DNA of 64,000 bases from Eledone cirrhosa (taxonomy: Eukaryota): contig OZ024742.1 of assembly GCA_964016885.1 (NCBI GenBank), forward strand, positions 271,374,001-271,438,000, in the 5' to 3' direction. Both the position numbers and the translations under genes were made by a program. The notes beneath the pieces were generated by a model. That model did no database searches. It was not told where the DNA came from and saw only the letters and a list, made by a program, of their open reading frames with translations. This document shows positions 45,572-58,717 of the stretch, piece after piece; position 1 is the first letter of the stretch, and every line of letters starts with the position of its first letter.

Positions 45572-45990
45572 TAAGTGGTACAGTCATCACCCTGAGGCTG
45601 TAACTGAAGGAGAAAAAGTAACAATTCTCTATGACTTTCCTGTACATACTGATAGGACCATAAAAGCAAATAGACCTGACATCATCATAAAAGAACAATA
45701 TAACAAGGTCTGTTTATTGATAGATATGAGCATCCCATGTGATCACAATATCGCGGCAAAAGAATTTGACAAGATGCGAAAATATAAATATCTGCTTATT
45801 GAAATTGAGAAAATGTGGCACCTCAAGGACGTTTCAATACCAGTCATTGTGGGAGGACTGGGAATGATCAAGAAAGGAACAGAACAATATTTGCGAATGA
45901 TTCCTTGTTTACCATCTCTGCACGAGGTGTTTTGACTGGTACTGCACACGTATTGAGAAGAGTACTATCTCTGTAAGATAATAATAATAA
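45572..45990 (+). mobile_element. R4/Dong-type LINE 3' fragment, second family
   Basis: KWYSHHPE...DRTIKANRPDIII...LIDMSIPCD...IPVIVGGLG; (AAT) tail. Confidence 0.85.
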
Positions 45991-46699
45991 CCCTAATCGA
46001 TATGTATCGTTATGGATCTGCTCCCATCAGTTTATGGTTATCTAAATATTTAAAACACTTGTGATATAATATTTGTTATTGCAAATGGGACATAAGATAT
46101 CAGCCCTCACCTTCAACAAGTGAGACGACATAATATCTGCGAATATAACTCAAATATTTAATCTTATGTTAACAATTTCATATTCAAAAAAGGTAAATGT
46201 TTACAAATGGAAGAAAACCCCTCTCCGTACACAAACTACAACAGCCAAATAACGGGAATATCACCGCCGCCACCAACAATCCTATCGTAATAAAAATAAT
46301 TATTGATGTATCTCATATGTTCTCTCAAAATGTTTAGTTCAAGTATTAAGGAAGGATGTCAATTTGTATAGTAAATATAATTAACAAATCGAAAAGCTAC
46401 TGAACGGAACACAGACAAAAACAAATTCAACATCAAAAGAAAAACATTCAAAATGTTTGAACGCAACATCCCCTACCTCGCTTGTTGTTATGGCTACGTG
46501 CTTAACTTAGCAAAAATCAAAAACAGCAGCAGCAGCAGCAACAACAACAACAACAACACTAGTTACCAATGTTACTGGCCTTGAACCCCCCCCCCCCCTA
46601 AAAAAATATCGCTTATATTCAAACATTACAATGACACCCTCCTAACCCACCAACATCATCACAATTGCCACTAGTAAATGGAAATGATAATGATTGTTT

Positions 46700-46855
46700 G
46701 TAGTATTGGCATAAGGCCAGCAATTACCCCAGTGCATTACCGGTGCTTTATTTTATCAACACCGTAAGGATGAACGGCAAAGTCAACCCCGGCTGGATTT
46801 GAACTCAGATCGTAAAGGGCCGTAACTAAATGCTGCAAAGCATGGTGTCTGACTA
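46700..46855 (-). mobile_element. tRNA-SINE copy
   Basis: Core and B box match the family. Confidence 0.85.
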
Positions 46856-46859
46856 ATTT

Positions 46860-47555
46860 CTTTATTATTAGCCAAAATGCCGAACATAGAAGACACCTCA
46901 AAGATAGAGGACAGTGAGGGTTTATATATATTCCAGTAAAAAATATAAACAAAAGCAACAAAACATATCAACAACAGAATTCCCTAATATGGGGGCATAA
47001 GACCCAGTGGTGACGTAAGAAGCCCTATCAATAATGAACCACCCTTAATTCCAAGAGCACCCGGCGTGGGTGCCCCTCTCTGCCTCCACCCATCCAGCCT
47101 ACAGGCGCATGTTCAAAGTGGGCCCTTTCACACGGGTCATCGTGGCAACAATCACCCATCTTTTTTAAAATGTTCTTGGGTGCAGCATTTGTCTCTCCAC
47201 CCTCATCTTGCTTTCCAAGTGGAACTTGAAAAGGTTAACGAGGGTTTGGCCGAAGAGTAGTGTCAGTCTTCAATCCTTTCAGTCGCGTCCACCACACAAC
47301 CTTTTTCGCTACAGCTATCAGACAGCGGACAGCTGCGTGCTCTTCCCGGCCAAAAGAAGGTGGTGGAGCGATATTCACTATGGACTCAGCAGATAGCAGG
47401 ATCGGTTCCAAACGCGATAACAGTTGTTCGATATAATTCCATAAGTCAGCAATAGGCGGGCACTGGATGAGTGCGTGCAAAACGGTTTCGTCGCTCAGCG
47501 CGTTCCGTCTGGCATAACTACCATGCCTAGAGAGTTAATCTCGAACCGTCAAGAC
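46860..47555 (-). mobile_element. Tx1-type LINE 3' fragment
   Basis: ETVLHALIQCPPIADLWNYIEQLL...AKKVVWWTRLKG. Confidence 0.85.
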
Positions 47556-48030
47556 ATGCTTGCTGGGAACAATAAGAATCTTCCGGCTTCATGTTCATTT
47601 GGACAAACATTCCAGTTAAATAAAATCAATTATTGAGACTCTATGAATAGTAATAATTGTTTCTACTTTTGGCACAGGGCCATCAATTACGCAGTGCATT
47701 ACTGGTACTTTATTTTATCGACCCCGTAAGGATGAAAGGCAAAGTTAACCTCGGTGGGATTTGAACTCGGAATGGCAAGGGCTGACACTCTATGCGTCAA
47801 AGCATGTCGTCTGACTCTCTACCGATACTGTCAATCAAATAATAATAATAATAACTGTTTCTATTTTGGCACAAGGCCAGCAATTATCTCATTGTATTAC
47901 TGATACTTTATGTTATCGACCCCATAAGGATGAAAGGCAAAGTTAACCTCGGCGGGATTTGAACTCAGACCATAAAGGGTCGTAACTCTTTGCTGTCAAT
48001 ACCCATACTGCCAATCTACCGCCCCTAATA
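47555..48030. mobile_element. Dong 3' end snippet (+) followed by two SINE copies (-)
   Basis: 47555-47650 matches the Dong 3' end; SINE cores at ~47653-47840 and ~47855-48025. Confidence 0.82.
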
Positions 48031-48179
48031 ATGATAATAATAATAAGGGAGATGATGTTCGCATATCTTGCGTTTATGTTCACATAATTGGTGAGCCGGT
48101 CATAATGAAATTTTGATCATCAACATGTATGTCAAAATGTTAAAATAAATCAACAAGAAGATCAACATTTACAGTTACA

Positions 48180-51100
48180 ATGGCTACAATGTCCCCAACC
48201 CACAATAGAATCCTCCCCTGTGGAAAAGCCCTAACAAAACAGACACAGCGAACAACATCAACAACAGTAAATGCAACATCAACAACGTCCTCGCGTATAT
48301 TGAAATAATAACAATAAACGACAAAACACTATCTGCACCACCAACAGCGCCATCAAGACCAATGCAGAGCAAGGCCCTCCCGATATTGCAAAATCGGACA
48401 GTGAGTGTGACGACGCTGAAGGATAGAAAACGATCGCAGCATAAAAAAAGCCGCTCCCCACATTTGCCCTCCAAAAAAGTGAATTAAAAAATAGAAAAAT
48501 GAAAAAGTCAATGATCCCGCCGCCATCACCATCAGCAGCCACACTCGCACAGCTATCTACACAGTCACCGACGCCTGTAGCATCTACCCCATCGTCACCT
48601 GCAGCAGCACCATAATCAGCACAGAAAACACCAACATCCCAAAAGCAGATACAATGCAGAGTTATAGACAGAGACGACACAAATCTTTTAAATTACATTC
48701 AACACCACACCAACTTTACAGAAACCAATTTCATACAGACCACCAAAATTGCACCTCCCACACACATTAACAATAATTGAAATCTCTCAAAACAATTACA
48801 CAACTTTAAAGAAAACGTTCCCCGCGGCAATTGAAGACTTTCGAGGGAACCTCACCAAAAGAATTTATTCTGACATTCTCGTGGAAAAATCCAACACTGG
48901 TCGGAGGGATGGATCACCCACCACCTTCCTAAAAAAAAGCCGCTGGTAAAGTGTCTTTTTTTTTATTTTCCCCTCTCATATACTTTCCTCGTATCTTAGC
49001 CAGCATGTCTTCTCTCAGGATAAGCAATATAAATTAAACGTGGCCTGGAGTCACCTGCTCAAACATCTTACGTCACTAAACATAGATGTGGTGGCCATCA
49101 GTGAGACCAGAATCTCCGAAGCACTGACATTCGCACCCATTTTCGGCGGCTACGAGGTGTACACATCTCCGAGCCGTCCTGGATCTGGGGGAGTCAGGCT
49201 GTACTGTTCCGGAAAAGTCATGATCTCGAGATACGAGCTATCATCTTGGACCCAGAAGGTAAGTTGGTGGTGCTGGCCGTCGCCAGAAGCGAAGGCTAAG
49301 ATAGTGGCCGACTTTGCCCCGACCAGGGTAGGACGGCCTGATTTATTCCGGTGATTGGAAAACTTTCTTGGAAAGTCGTGCTCTTTAGTGTTAGTGGGCT
49401 ACTGGAATGGGATATTGGATGCAGGCTGAGACTGTGTGGTATAAGCGAATAGGGAGTGTAGGTGAAAAGCCTTGCAAACAAGATCAGACGTTTTCAATTG
49501 TGTGACAGGTACAAACTGGATATCCCGAATATTCTAATATGGACATGGAGGAAACGCATCGGGTCATCCGGATCGTATGTAGATAGAGTATTTTTTTATG
49601 GGAACAGATAGGTCTAGAATAGGCTCTCCACACGTCGACTACACGGACCACCAATTCGTGTTAGCGTGGTCGACTTAGATAAGTTTCATAGACTGGGACT
49701 CGGCTACTGGAAGCTAAACGCGTCGCCAACAACACGCAAAGCCTACAGATACTTGATTAACGAACTAGTTAAGCGGGCTTTGACGGGGGAAGTTGTCAAC
49801 ATATGCTGGTTTGATCTGAAATAGCAATTAGAATAGAGTCCATTAGATTTAGTAAGACGTTAGTAATAGAGAAAAATAGAGGAGAGAACAAGTTAGAAAC
49901 TAGATGCACTTAGAAAAGATATCGCGACCGACGAGCTTGCGATTGGAACAAAGCCATAATCTGGTCTTTGGAGACCTTGACGGTCTTCCACAGCTCTCGA
50001 CCACAGAGGCGGAGTGTGCGAAAACGCAATAGCAGCCGCCGAAGTACTGGAGGCAATCACAGACTGCACGGTCGTTACGTTCACATGCCAGACCTTTTCG
50101 GTGACCACTTGCCGGACTTGTACTCAAACTGAGAGCAGAACGTGATAATTCCAAGATTAATCAGCTGTGGAGTGGTGGCGCTACTGAGTAAGGGGGCATG
50201 ATATATAAATTTAGGCCCATATATCTGGTAAACGCAGAATTAATGATTTTGGCCAAGGTGATAGTAAATATGTTGGCACTTCTCGGTGGTCTGGTGTGAG
50301 AGGCGCAGACATGCGCCATTCCAGACAGATCCATCTAAGGCAACCTCCACCTCATGCGATACATCGTATAGACTGTAGCTAATGAACCTCGCACGGGTAG
50401 GGCCTTGATCAGATTAGGTCAGTAAAAGCTTTCAATAAGACGATCATTGTTAACTGGCGGCGGTCATAAGAGCAGTTGTGTTTGGGCCCGTCTTCAGAGG
50501 CTGGATTGTTGCCATGCACAGCGACGTCTGATTTGTGGCCTTTCGGAACCGTTCAACATCATACGCTCGGTCTGCCAAGGATGTCTCTGCTGGTCCATGC
50601 TGTACGTATTGGTTCTCGATCTTTTACTGCACGAAATGGAATACGGGAGAACCGTGTCTGCATATGCCGACGATGTCACCGCATCGTGGCGACCGGTAAA
50701 ACAATAAGAGAATAAGAAGCGGTGACAGGAAAAGTCGGTGCACCTGCGGCTCGGCGCTGGATGGATGGACCTGTTAAATTGATAAGTGTCTGAAAGCTCG
50801 AGCGGAGGTGGTGAACGTGTATATCGCGTCTGTCATCTACTACCGCCTGACCCTCATGCCTTGTCCTAAGCCTCGACTGACTGTGCTGGAGCGTTTGCTC
50901 CTTCATTTTTGTGGAAGGGACGCGCTTCGATGGTCAGGCGGTCCATCTGCTGTCAACACCCGCTAGGCAGAGAGCTTGGCATGCCGTGGTTGATGATACG
51001 CAGACATGCGCTCTGGCTACAGCATCTCCAACTCATCCTCGACGGTGATCAGGTGTGGTCACAGTTTGCTATTAGCGTTTTTCCCCAGCTGGTCTCCCTG

Positions 51101-51378
51101 ACGGAGCTGCTGTACTGGGTTAAGCGAAGAACAAGAAGTAGCACCTGATCGCTGTGCCTTGTCCTATGCCTCACCTGACTCTACTGGGCCGTTTGCGCTT
51201 TCAATGTTTATGGAAGCAACGCGCTCCGATGGTCATGCCTTTTATATGCTGTCAACATCTGCTATGCCAATTTCTAGGCATGCAGTGGCTGATGATGCGC
51301 CGATGCTACTGCATCGCCACCTTTTCCTCGATCGTGAACAGGCGTGGTCACCGCTTGCTAGACGCGTTTTCCCATACT
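48180..51378 (+). mobile_element. Tx1-type LINE, heavily deleted and degraded
   Basis: ORF1 tail homologous to ~42450-42600; ORF2 from ATG 49005 with DVVAISETR, GYWKLN, SAYADDVT; ~50860-51090 duplicated at ~51155-51375. Confidence 0.85.
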
Positions 51379-51752
51379 TGGGGAGGGTCATATTTGTGTA
51401 ATAATATTGCCAGAATTAATAACAGAACACACTTACTGCTTGGTTGGTTTTCGCTTCTGTGTCTTTTATATCGGTTAATTTAATTTATTCGGTCCTCAAT
51501 GTTACAATTGACTGACCAATGGTCAAAAATACAGATACAATATAGACAGAAACACATATATATAGTCTATCAAAGTTCTTTCGTTGCACATCTGCAACAT
51601 CGTCAGTTGTGGTATTATGTTTCCTCCCGTTGCATTGTATGCCTACGCCATCTTTATTTAGTCTGTTTATTTATTTATTTATTTATTTATAATACATATA
51701 TATATAAATATTTAGTCTGTTTATTTATTTATTTATTTATTTATTTATATAT

Positions 51753-51845
<93 letters not shown>

Positions 51846-52091
51846 GATATATATATTTGTTTATATATATATATATATGTTTATATAAATATATGTTCAT
51901 ATATATGTATGTTTAATTAAAAACAAATTGAGGACCATTCCCTATTAGTTTTAAAGTAGGTACTATGTTTACTTACTTATTTTCGGCAATAAACAACGGG
52001 AGAGTGATCGACAGTCTGTTTCTCGTCCGTTGCCCCGTTTATCAAGACTACGCACTCCCCTGCCTTTATGGAAAAAACAATTTTTATATAC

Positions 52092-52253
<162 letters not shown>

Positions 52254-52326
52254 TATATTTATTAAAATAACAGATTAAAGTTTAAGCAAAGAATCGCTGC
52301 TTTCACCCTTAACGGGATCTTCTGAA

Positions 52327-52519
52327 ACCAACTAAAATACTACTACAGAAATACTAATACAAAATATTAATACAAAAATACTAATACAAAAATACTAAAA
52401 CAAAAATACTAATACGAAAATAATAATACAAAAGTACCACTTTAGTATTTTTGTATTAGTATTTTGGTATTAGTATTTTTGTATTAGTATTTTTGTAGTA
52501 GTATTTTAGTATTGTTGGT
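52327..52519. repeat. Foldback built from 14-bp tandem repeats
   Basis: (AATACTAATACAAA)n followed by its reverse-complement array. Confidence 0.88.
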
Positions 52520-52719
52520 CTCAACTTATTAACCTGTCATTGTAGTATAGCATTGGCTGATTACTAACTATCTATAGCAGTGGTCTTAGACCCCCTGTAA
52601 AGCCGGCTTTATAAAATGCTTTCACTACAATCCCGTATTTAGTATTTTCCCATTCTCCACCTATTAAACTTTTCTATAGCTTAGCAATACCAATGAGAAA
52701 TTTGGTGATTGTGGAAATG

Positions 52720-53155
52720 AAGTAGTAACCAGAAATTGTTTTTTATATATTTATTTCGTTATATTTATAAAGGGTTTTTTTACTCCCATTCGATTTACCT
52801 ATTCTTTCAACTCCCTCCCCTACACTTCTCCAGTACACTTTTCTCGATTTTTTATATACTATCCTCAGAATCTGCTGTATAGATTTCACTTTCAACTCTT
52901 GACTGGGTTTCCCCCACTCCCTCTTTGTTCTACCGGCATGTTCAGCCACCCTTACCTCCCACCAAATGCCTTGATAGATTCATCTTTCTTTACAACAAAT
53001 TTTTGACCAATCCCTTTGGCAATGACTATCTTCCCATATCAGGACATACCCCCTGAGAAGTTCGGCTATTTATTTACCAGGCTAAAAATTCTTATTTAGG
53101 CCAGAAAAAGCCGTCGCTACGGCTTGAGCTCTGCCGTCTGGGTCATACTTGTTCA
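52720..53155 (+). repeat. Copy of the interspersed family at 10215-10670
   Basis: Colinear similarity, e.g. AGTAACCAGAAATTG...GAGCTCTGC.GTC.GGGTCATACTTGTTC. Confidence 0.85.
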
Positions 53156-53179
53156 TATATATATATATATATATATAAG

Positions 53180-56100
53180 GATTAAAATACTGAAGCGTGT
53201 TGGAGTTAAACACCCTCTTCGTATTATAGAAATGACAGTAAAAGGTATAGCTGAATGTAATTAAACAGAGCCGAAGAATTATGAAAATAAAGCAAAGAAG
53301 CCTTCAATACATCAAAAGTCTTTATTAGCCAACAATGTTTCGTCCTATTAAGGACTCATCAGGGCAATCAAAACCACAAGAAGCACTATCGGCCAATACA
53401 AGCCGAAAATTCCGAAGAATATGGAGTGTACATACACTAAAGTATTGGAAGATTATGGGTAAAAATATATAATAAAAATCACTAATGAGGTGGATAACAT
53501 TTTGAACCATATTACAAATATAGTCCAAAGAAAAAATAGAGCTAAACAAAGGTGGTTATATAGAGCGGGAATTATAGTACTATATGTAATACAATATAAT
53601 ATAATATAATATACTTATAACAATATTAAAATTAAAATTAAAATTAAAAGGCACAATATACATATGTATATATATACGCACACGTACGCACATATACATA
53701 TACATCAATACACATTTCCATCATTAACAGCACAAAATAAACCTTATTAAGAGTTTAAATATAAATAAGCATAATAGGAGTAAAAATAAAAATAATACGT
53801 ATATCTAATATACATTATGACATGAAGTAATTAAATGATTAAAAGTAACACATAATATATAATAATATAATATATAATAAACTATATAATTATATAATAT
53901 ATAATATAATCTAATCGATAATCTCCGGTTAATTTACACAAACAATATAGATGTCACAATAACACTATAATAATAATATAATAATATATAATATATAATG
54001 GCATGTAAGTTAACAAATCAATTCATATAGAGTTACAGAGTAGGTGAGAAAAAAAATATAAATTGTACAATACCCAAAATTATAATGGTACAAAAATATA
54101 AACATCTTATATGATAAATGAAATTTAACATATCATAATGGTACATAAAATCATCGGTAAGTAATAAGGATCAATAGTATATTTACAAAGAGTTGAATAA
54201 CAACTTCAATATAAAATAATGAACATAATATAATATATAATTACTTATAATTACAAGGTTGGTAAACAGACATATGTGAATGAGTGAATAAGGGCCAGAC
54301 AGAAAATACTATGCACAGTAGTATTAATAAATAAATAAATAAAATCGACCATAAAGCAAAAATCAACAAAAACAAAAGTATTTACTTAGGTCTCACATGC
54401 AGTTAAGTAAAAACTTAGGAAACAACCCGGATAAATGACTAGAAAACCCTATTTGATAAATTAATATTGAAAATATTTAAAATACCTAATAAGGCAATAC
54501 AATATTAGCTATGGTTTAAGTAATCAAAATCCCTAAACATTAATATTTCACTATAATATATATATAAAGGAATGAAATATTCTACTATCATTTACATAAC
54601 GATATCTAAAAAACTGACTTAAGCAGAATTAAGGTAGACTGATAGGGACAGAAAAAAAGAAATGTATAGGATACAAAGGAGCATAACATCATAATCAATA
54701 TTCTGTATTATATAATAGAAAGGAGTATAAAAAAGAGGGGATTAAATATAATCATAATATATTTGAAGGGGTTAGCAATTAGTTTATGTGTGCATGGGGG
54801 GGGGGGTTATCCAAAGAATAATCCAAATAAAATAAAATAAAATGAAATAAAATAATATAAAATATATAATCAGATATACTCATAAGGTGTTAATAGTGAA
54901 CATTTAATGTGTAAGAAGATAGATATGGTATAGTAGTCAAAAGATTATGAGAGCTAGAATAAAAAGTTGTCAAAAACCAATGATAATAATGATGATAATA
55001 ATGGTGGTAAACAAAAAGAACCTAAACTAAAAAAATAAGTAATGGAATATATCAGCTAATGGATACAATTTACACTACTAGAACCTTTAGGTTTATAATA
55101 AAAGTAAGAATTAGAAATAGCGTGTGGGAAAGAAGAGAATATCTCAGCCTTTCTATTAAGTAAGGATTCACTAGAGAAAATTATAGAGTCTGTCTCGAGG
55201 ATACAGAGATTACAAAATTTAGTATGTGTAGAAAGGTTATTAGAGCGTGCTACTAAACGCCAATTAAGGCTATATGGTATATTAGCCCCCTTAAGATCCC
55301 AGATATAGTGTGCTAAAGAAGTAGAATTCTTAAACTTAACATGTTTGAAATTAGAGATATGAGAATTAAACCTAGTCTTAAAAGTGTTAGATGTAGAGCC
55401 TATATAAGTTCTATTAGAGGAATTAGTTATAACTACGCAAGCATACACGATGTTCTTAGAGAGGCAGTTACCGTTTAAAGGGCAGTTAGCACTCACTCTA
55501 CAGTTACACTTCCGGGTGCTATTGATTGGCTGAAGTAGTGATGCATTACACGTAGGATTACTATTAGATAAGGTCTGCTCTGGTGGTAAGGCATTTGCAG
55601 ATCCGTTCAGACTAGTAGTATGTAGAGAGGAGTATCCATCCCTAATTTTCCTATTGTTAGTGCTAGCTAAATGAGAACTAATATTAGGGGTGGTAGAGAA
55701 TGCAAGTTTAATAACATTTTTATTAAAAATACTATGGTATTTATGAGAAGGGGGAAATTTCTCTCTAAGATAGAAAAGAAAGACCTAGGGATATTAGATA
55801 ATACTTCCTGATTATATGGCGAGTTAAAATAAGTATTTAGTCTCCTTCTATTTTTATCCTTTCCGACTCTACCATTATCCAATAATCCATTATTAAGACT
55901 AGGGTTACTACAAGGATTAGTTAAAACCGCATTATTAGAATCAGCCGAAATTCCATTAAGTCTCTTTCTGTTTCTACCTCTCGTAGATCTGCTGCTGTCT
56001 GGAATCCTATCAAAAGGATTAGGGCCAATAATAGGATCAGTAGAAACAACATTATTAGAATTAGATCTAGCAAAAGCATCAGCAATGAGTGAGCGCTCAG

Positions 56101-56655
56101 AGGGTCTGACTTGATTCCTAGAGGTATTATATTCCCTATTACGAGTCCGGTGGGTTAACTTATGGATGGGTTCAGATACACCTATGTAATTTCTAGGATT
56201 AATATGCTTCCTACTCCCATTCATGGCCATGTTATGGGATATTATGTTATTATTATTATAAGTAAGCGGAGACTTTCTAAGGTTACTATTATTCTAATGT
56301 ATTTTACTAGAGTAAACGGAATTAGCTAGGGCATTATTATAGTACTCCGCATGTTCATTAAATGTTCCTACGTCCTTAGAGAGTATGGAAATCCTATTAG
56401 ATACACACTGAATTATAGAGCTTATCATAGATTTGGGGTGGTTAGAATTGGGACTAACATAAGAAAGTATTTCATTAGGCTTATGGAAGGGTTTAAAACT
56501 ATTAGTGACCAAGTCCAAAGTCACATCTAAAAAGTTGACCGCTCTATCGTTTCTATCTATCATGATCGAAAGGTTATAGTTTTTAAAAAACTTATAAAGC
56601 TTCTTCTTATGCACGACATTGTTGGTGCTCGAGTTAATCACAAACAATGCATCAT
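53180..56655 (-). mobile_element. PLE: RT C-terminus, long Asn/Ser-rich linker, GIY-YIG, ~1.8 kb AT-rich 3' UTR with hammerhead
   Basis: VNFLDVTLDL...PFHKPNE..YV...SNHP; CPLNGNCL..NIVY...YIGSTSNTFKTRFNSH...CNLC..E. Confidence 0.9.
53328..53365 (-). ncRNA. Minimal type I hammerhead ribozyme
   Basis: GCC CTGATGA GTCCT-TAAT-AGGAC GAAA CATTG TT GGC, then TAATAAA. Confidence 0.85.
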
Positions 56656-56671
56656 CACGATATAGTCCGTA

Positions 56672-56725
<54 letters not shown>

Positions 56726-56732
<7 letters not shown>

Positions 56733-56809
56733 ATACTTTGGGAGGGTCATGTTGCCAATAAGAAACACACGATTATTGGCAACATGACCCTCCCAAAGTA
56801 TAACAATAT
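56726..56809. repeat. Perfect inverted repeat, ~35-bp arms
   Basis: ATTGTTATACTTTGGGAGGGTCATGTTGCCAATAA ... TTATTGGCAACATGACCCTCCCAAAGTATAACAAT. Confidence 0.92.
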
Positions 56810-57166
56810 CGGTTTCAACACACGATTTCAGATAAAGAATCTTGCTAAACAAATTCAGAAACGAAATATATATATATATATATATATGTAGATAAATCTA
56901 CCAAGAGTTTACGGTAGTGTCTTTATTTTTAATATTTTATATATATATATGTATATAGGAAAAATCTAGACCCCGACGCAGTGCTAAAGCGGTTTCGACG
57001 GCTATTTGAGCTCTGCCGTCGGGTCAAACTTTTTCCTATTACCCATTCTACTACCCTAAGTATTGAGTACTCTGGTGCGTCTTATGATTCTCCTTGGCTC
57101 CTTTGTATACTCTGATTCTGTATCTTGGGTTGTAGCCAGAGCACTGCATGCGATTGATGAAGTGTT

Positions 57167-57224
<58 letters not shown>

Positions 57225-57229
<5 letters not shown>

Positions 57230-58629
57230 GGGGTAGCGATGGAAATCAGAATGGGTCCAAAAGCCCAGATCTTTTCCTAATACGCGGGACCGACTCCTGA
57301 GCTATACGGTTGTTATATCGAAGACTGTGCCGGCGCCACCTCTCTATCACGAGAACAGCTCGACTGCTTTCATTCTTTTGTCGTATCTTTCCATCCTGTC
57401 TCTCAATTTCATCGCTTCCGTCTCCGATTCTTCTGTCGCTTTTCTAGATATCTCTCTATCTATTAATTACTCTCACCACACTCTCTCTACTTCCATCTTC
57501 ATTAAACAAACAGACTCCCAATCTTACCTCGACTTCACCTACTGCCATCCAACCCACACCAAACACTCCATGCTCTATTCCCAATTCCTCCGTCTTCGTT
57601 GGCTCTGTAGCCAGGACAACGATTTCGAAACCCATTCCCTTCGCATTGCTTCCTCGTCATCCAGCATGGATATCCCACCCCACCATGATCCAAGCTACTC
57701 TCACCCGCAGCCGTGAAATAGACCGCACCATGGCCCTCTCACCTCACCCCACCCTACCCACACCCACGGTCATTTCCCTTTTACCCACCACTCCATCACC
57801 CCACCACTTCGGCGACATATCCTCCGTTCCTTCCGCATACCCTCTTCTGTTCCCGTCACTTCTCGCTTTTTTCCAAACCCACCCATTACTGCTTTTAAAC
57901 GCACCCGCAACCTCCGTGACCTCCTGGTTCGCAGTCCATTCTCGTGCTATCCCATTACTCCACCCGGCTCTCATCCTTGTTCCCCTTCTCGCTACATCAT
58001 TGTCCCTTCATTTCCACCGTCACCACTCTTACAAGCCCTAACGGGTCTTTACGTATCCGCCACTCGTTCACCTCCACATCCACCCACGTTGTCTATGCCC
58101 TCCGGAGTTCCCTTTGCAGGTATTTTATATATCGGACAAACGGGACGACGTATGGTCGACCGCTTTGCCGAGCATTTGAGGGACATAATAATCGGTTTGG
58201 ATACTCCTGTCGCCTGTCATTTCTGTTCTCCTGGTCACACTTCCCTACATGTTACAGTCCTAGGTGTCCTTTTACATCATGGAGCACAGGCCTCGGGCAC
58301 CAAGACTGAATAATGTCTGATACACCGCCTTGTTTCCTATTCCCCTCTTGGACTCAACTCACCTCCCCAATTTCTCTAATACCCGTCCATTATCATACCC
58401 CTAGATTCCTATCACTTTCTCTTGATCATTAACATCTTCTCTTACAAATAATACAGGCCGACTATATGCTCACTCCACTTTTCCCTTCACTGCTTTGTAT
58501 ACACAGATACACACCCTTATATTGACATACTTTTCTCATAGCATCGTACTTACGTGCACACACACTCTTCTACTCACATATACACACACATTTCTTCTCA
58601 CCTTCGTACGGATGTATAATAAGACACAC

Positions 58630-58717
<88 letters not shown>

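Noticed and set aside
52330-52510. CRISPR-like array
   Set aside because: No unique spacers or cas genes; eukaryotic minisatellite
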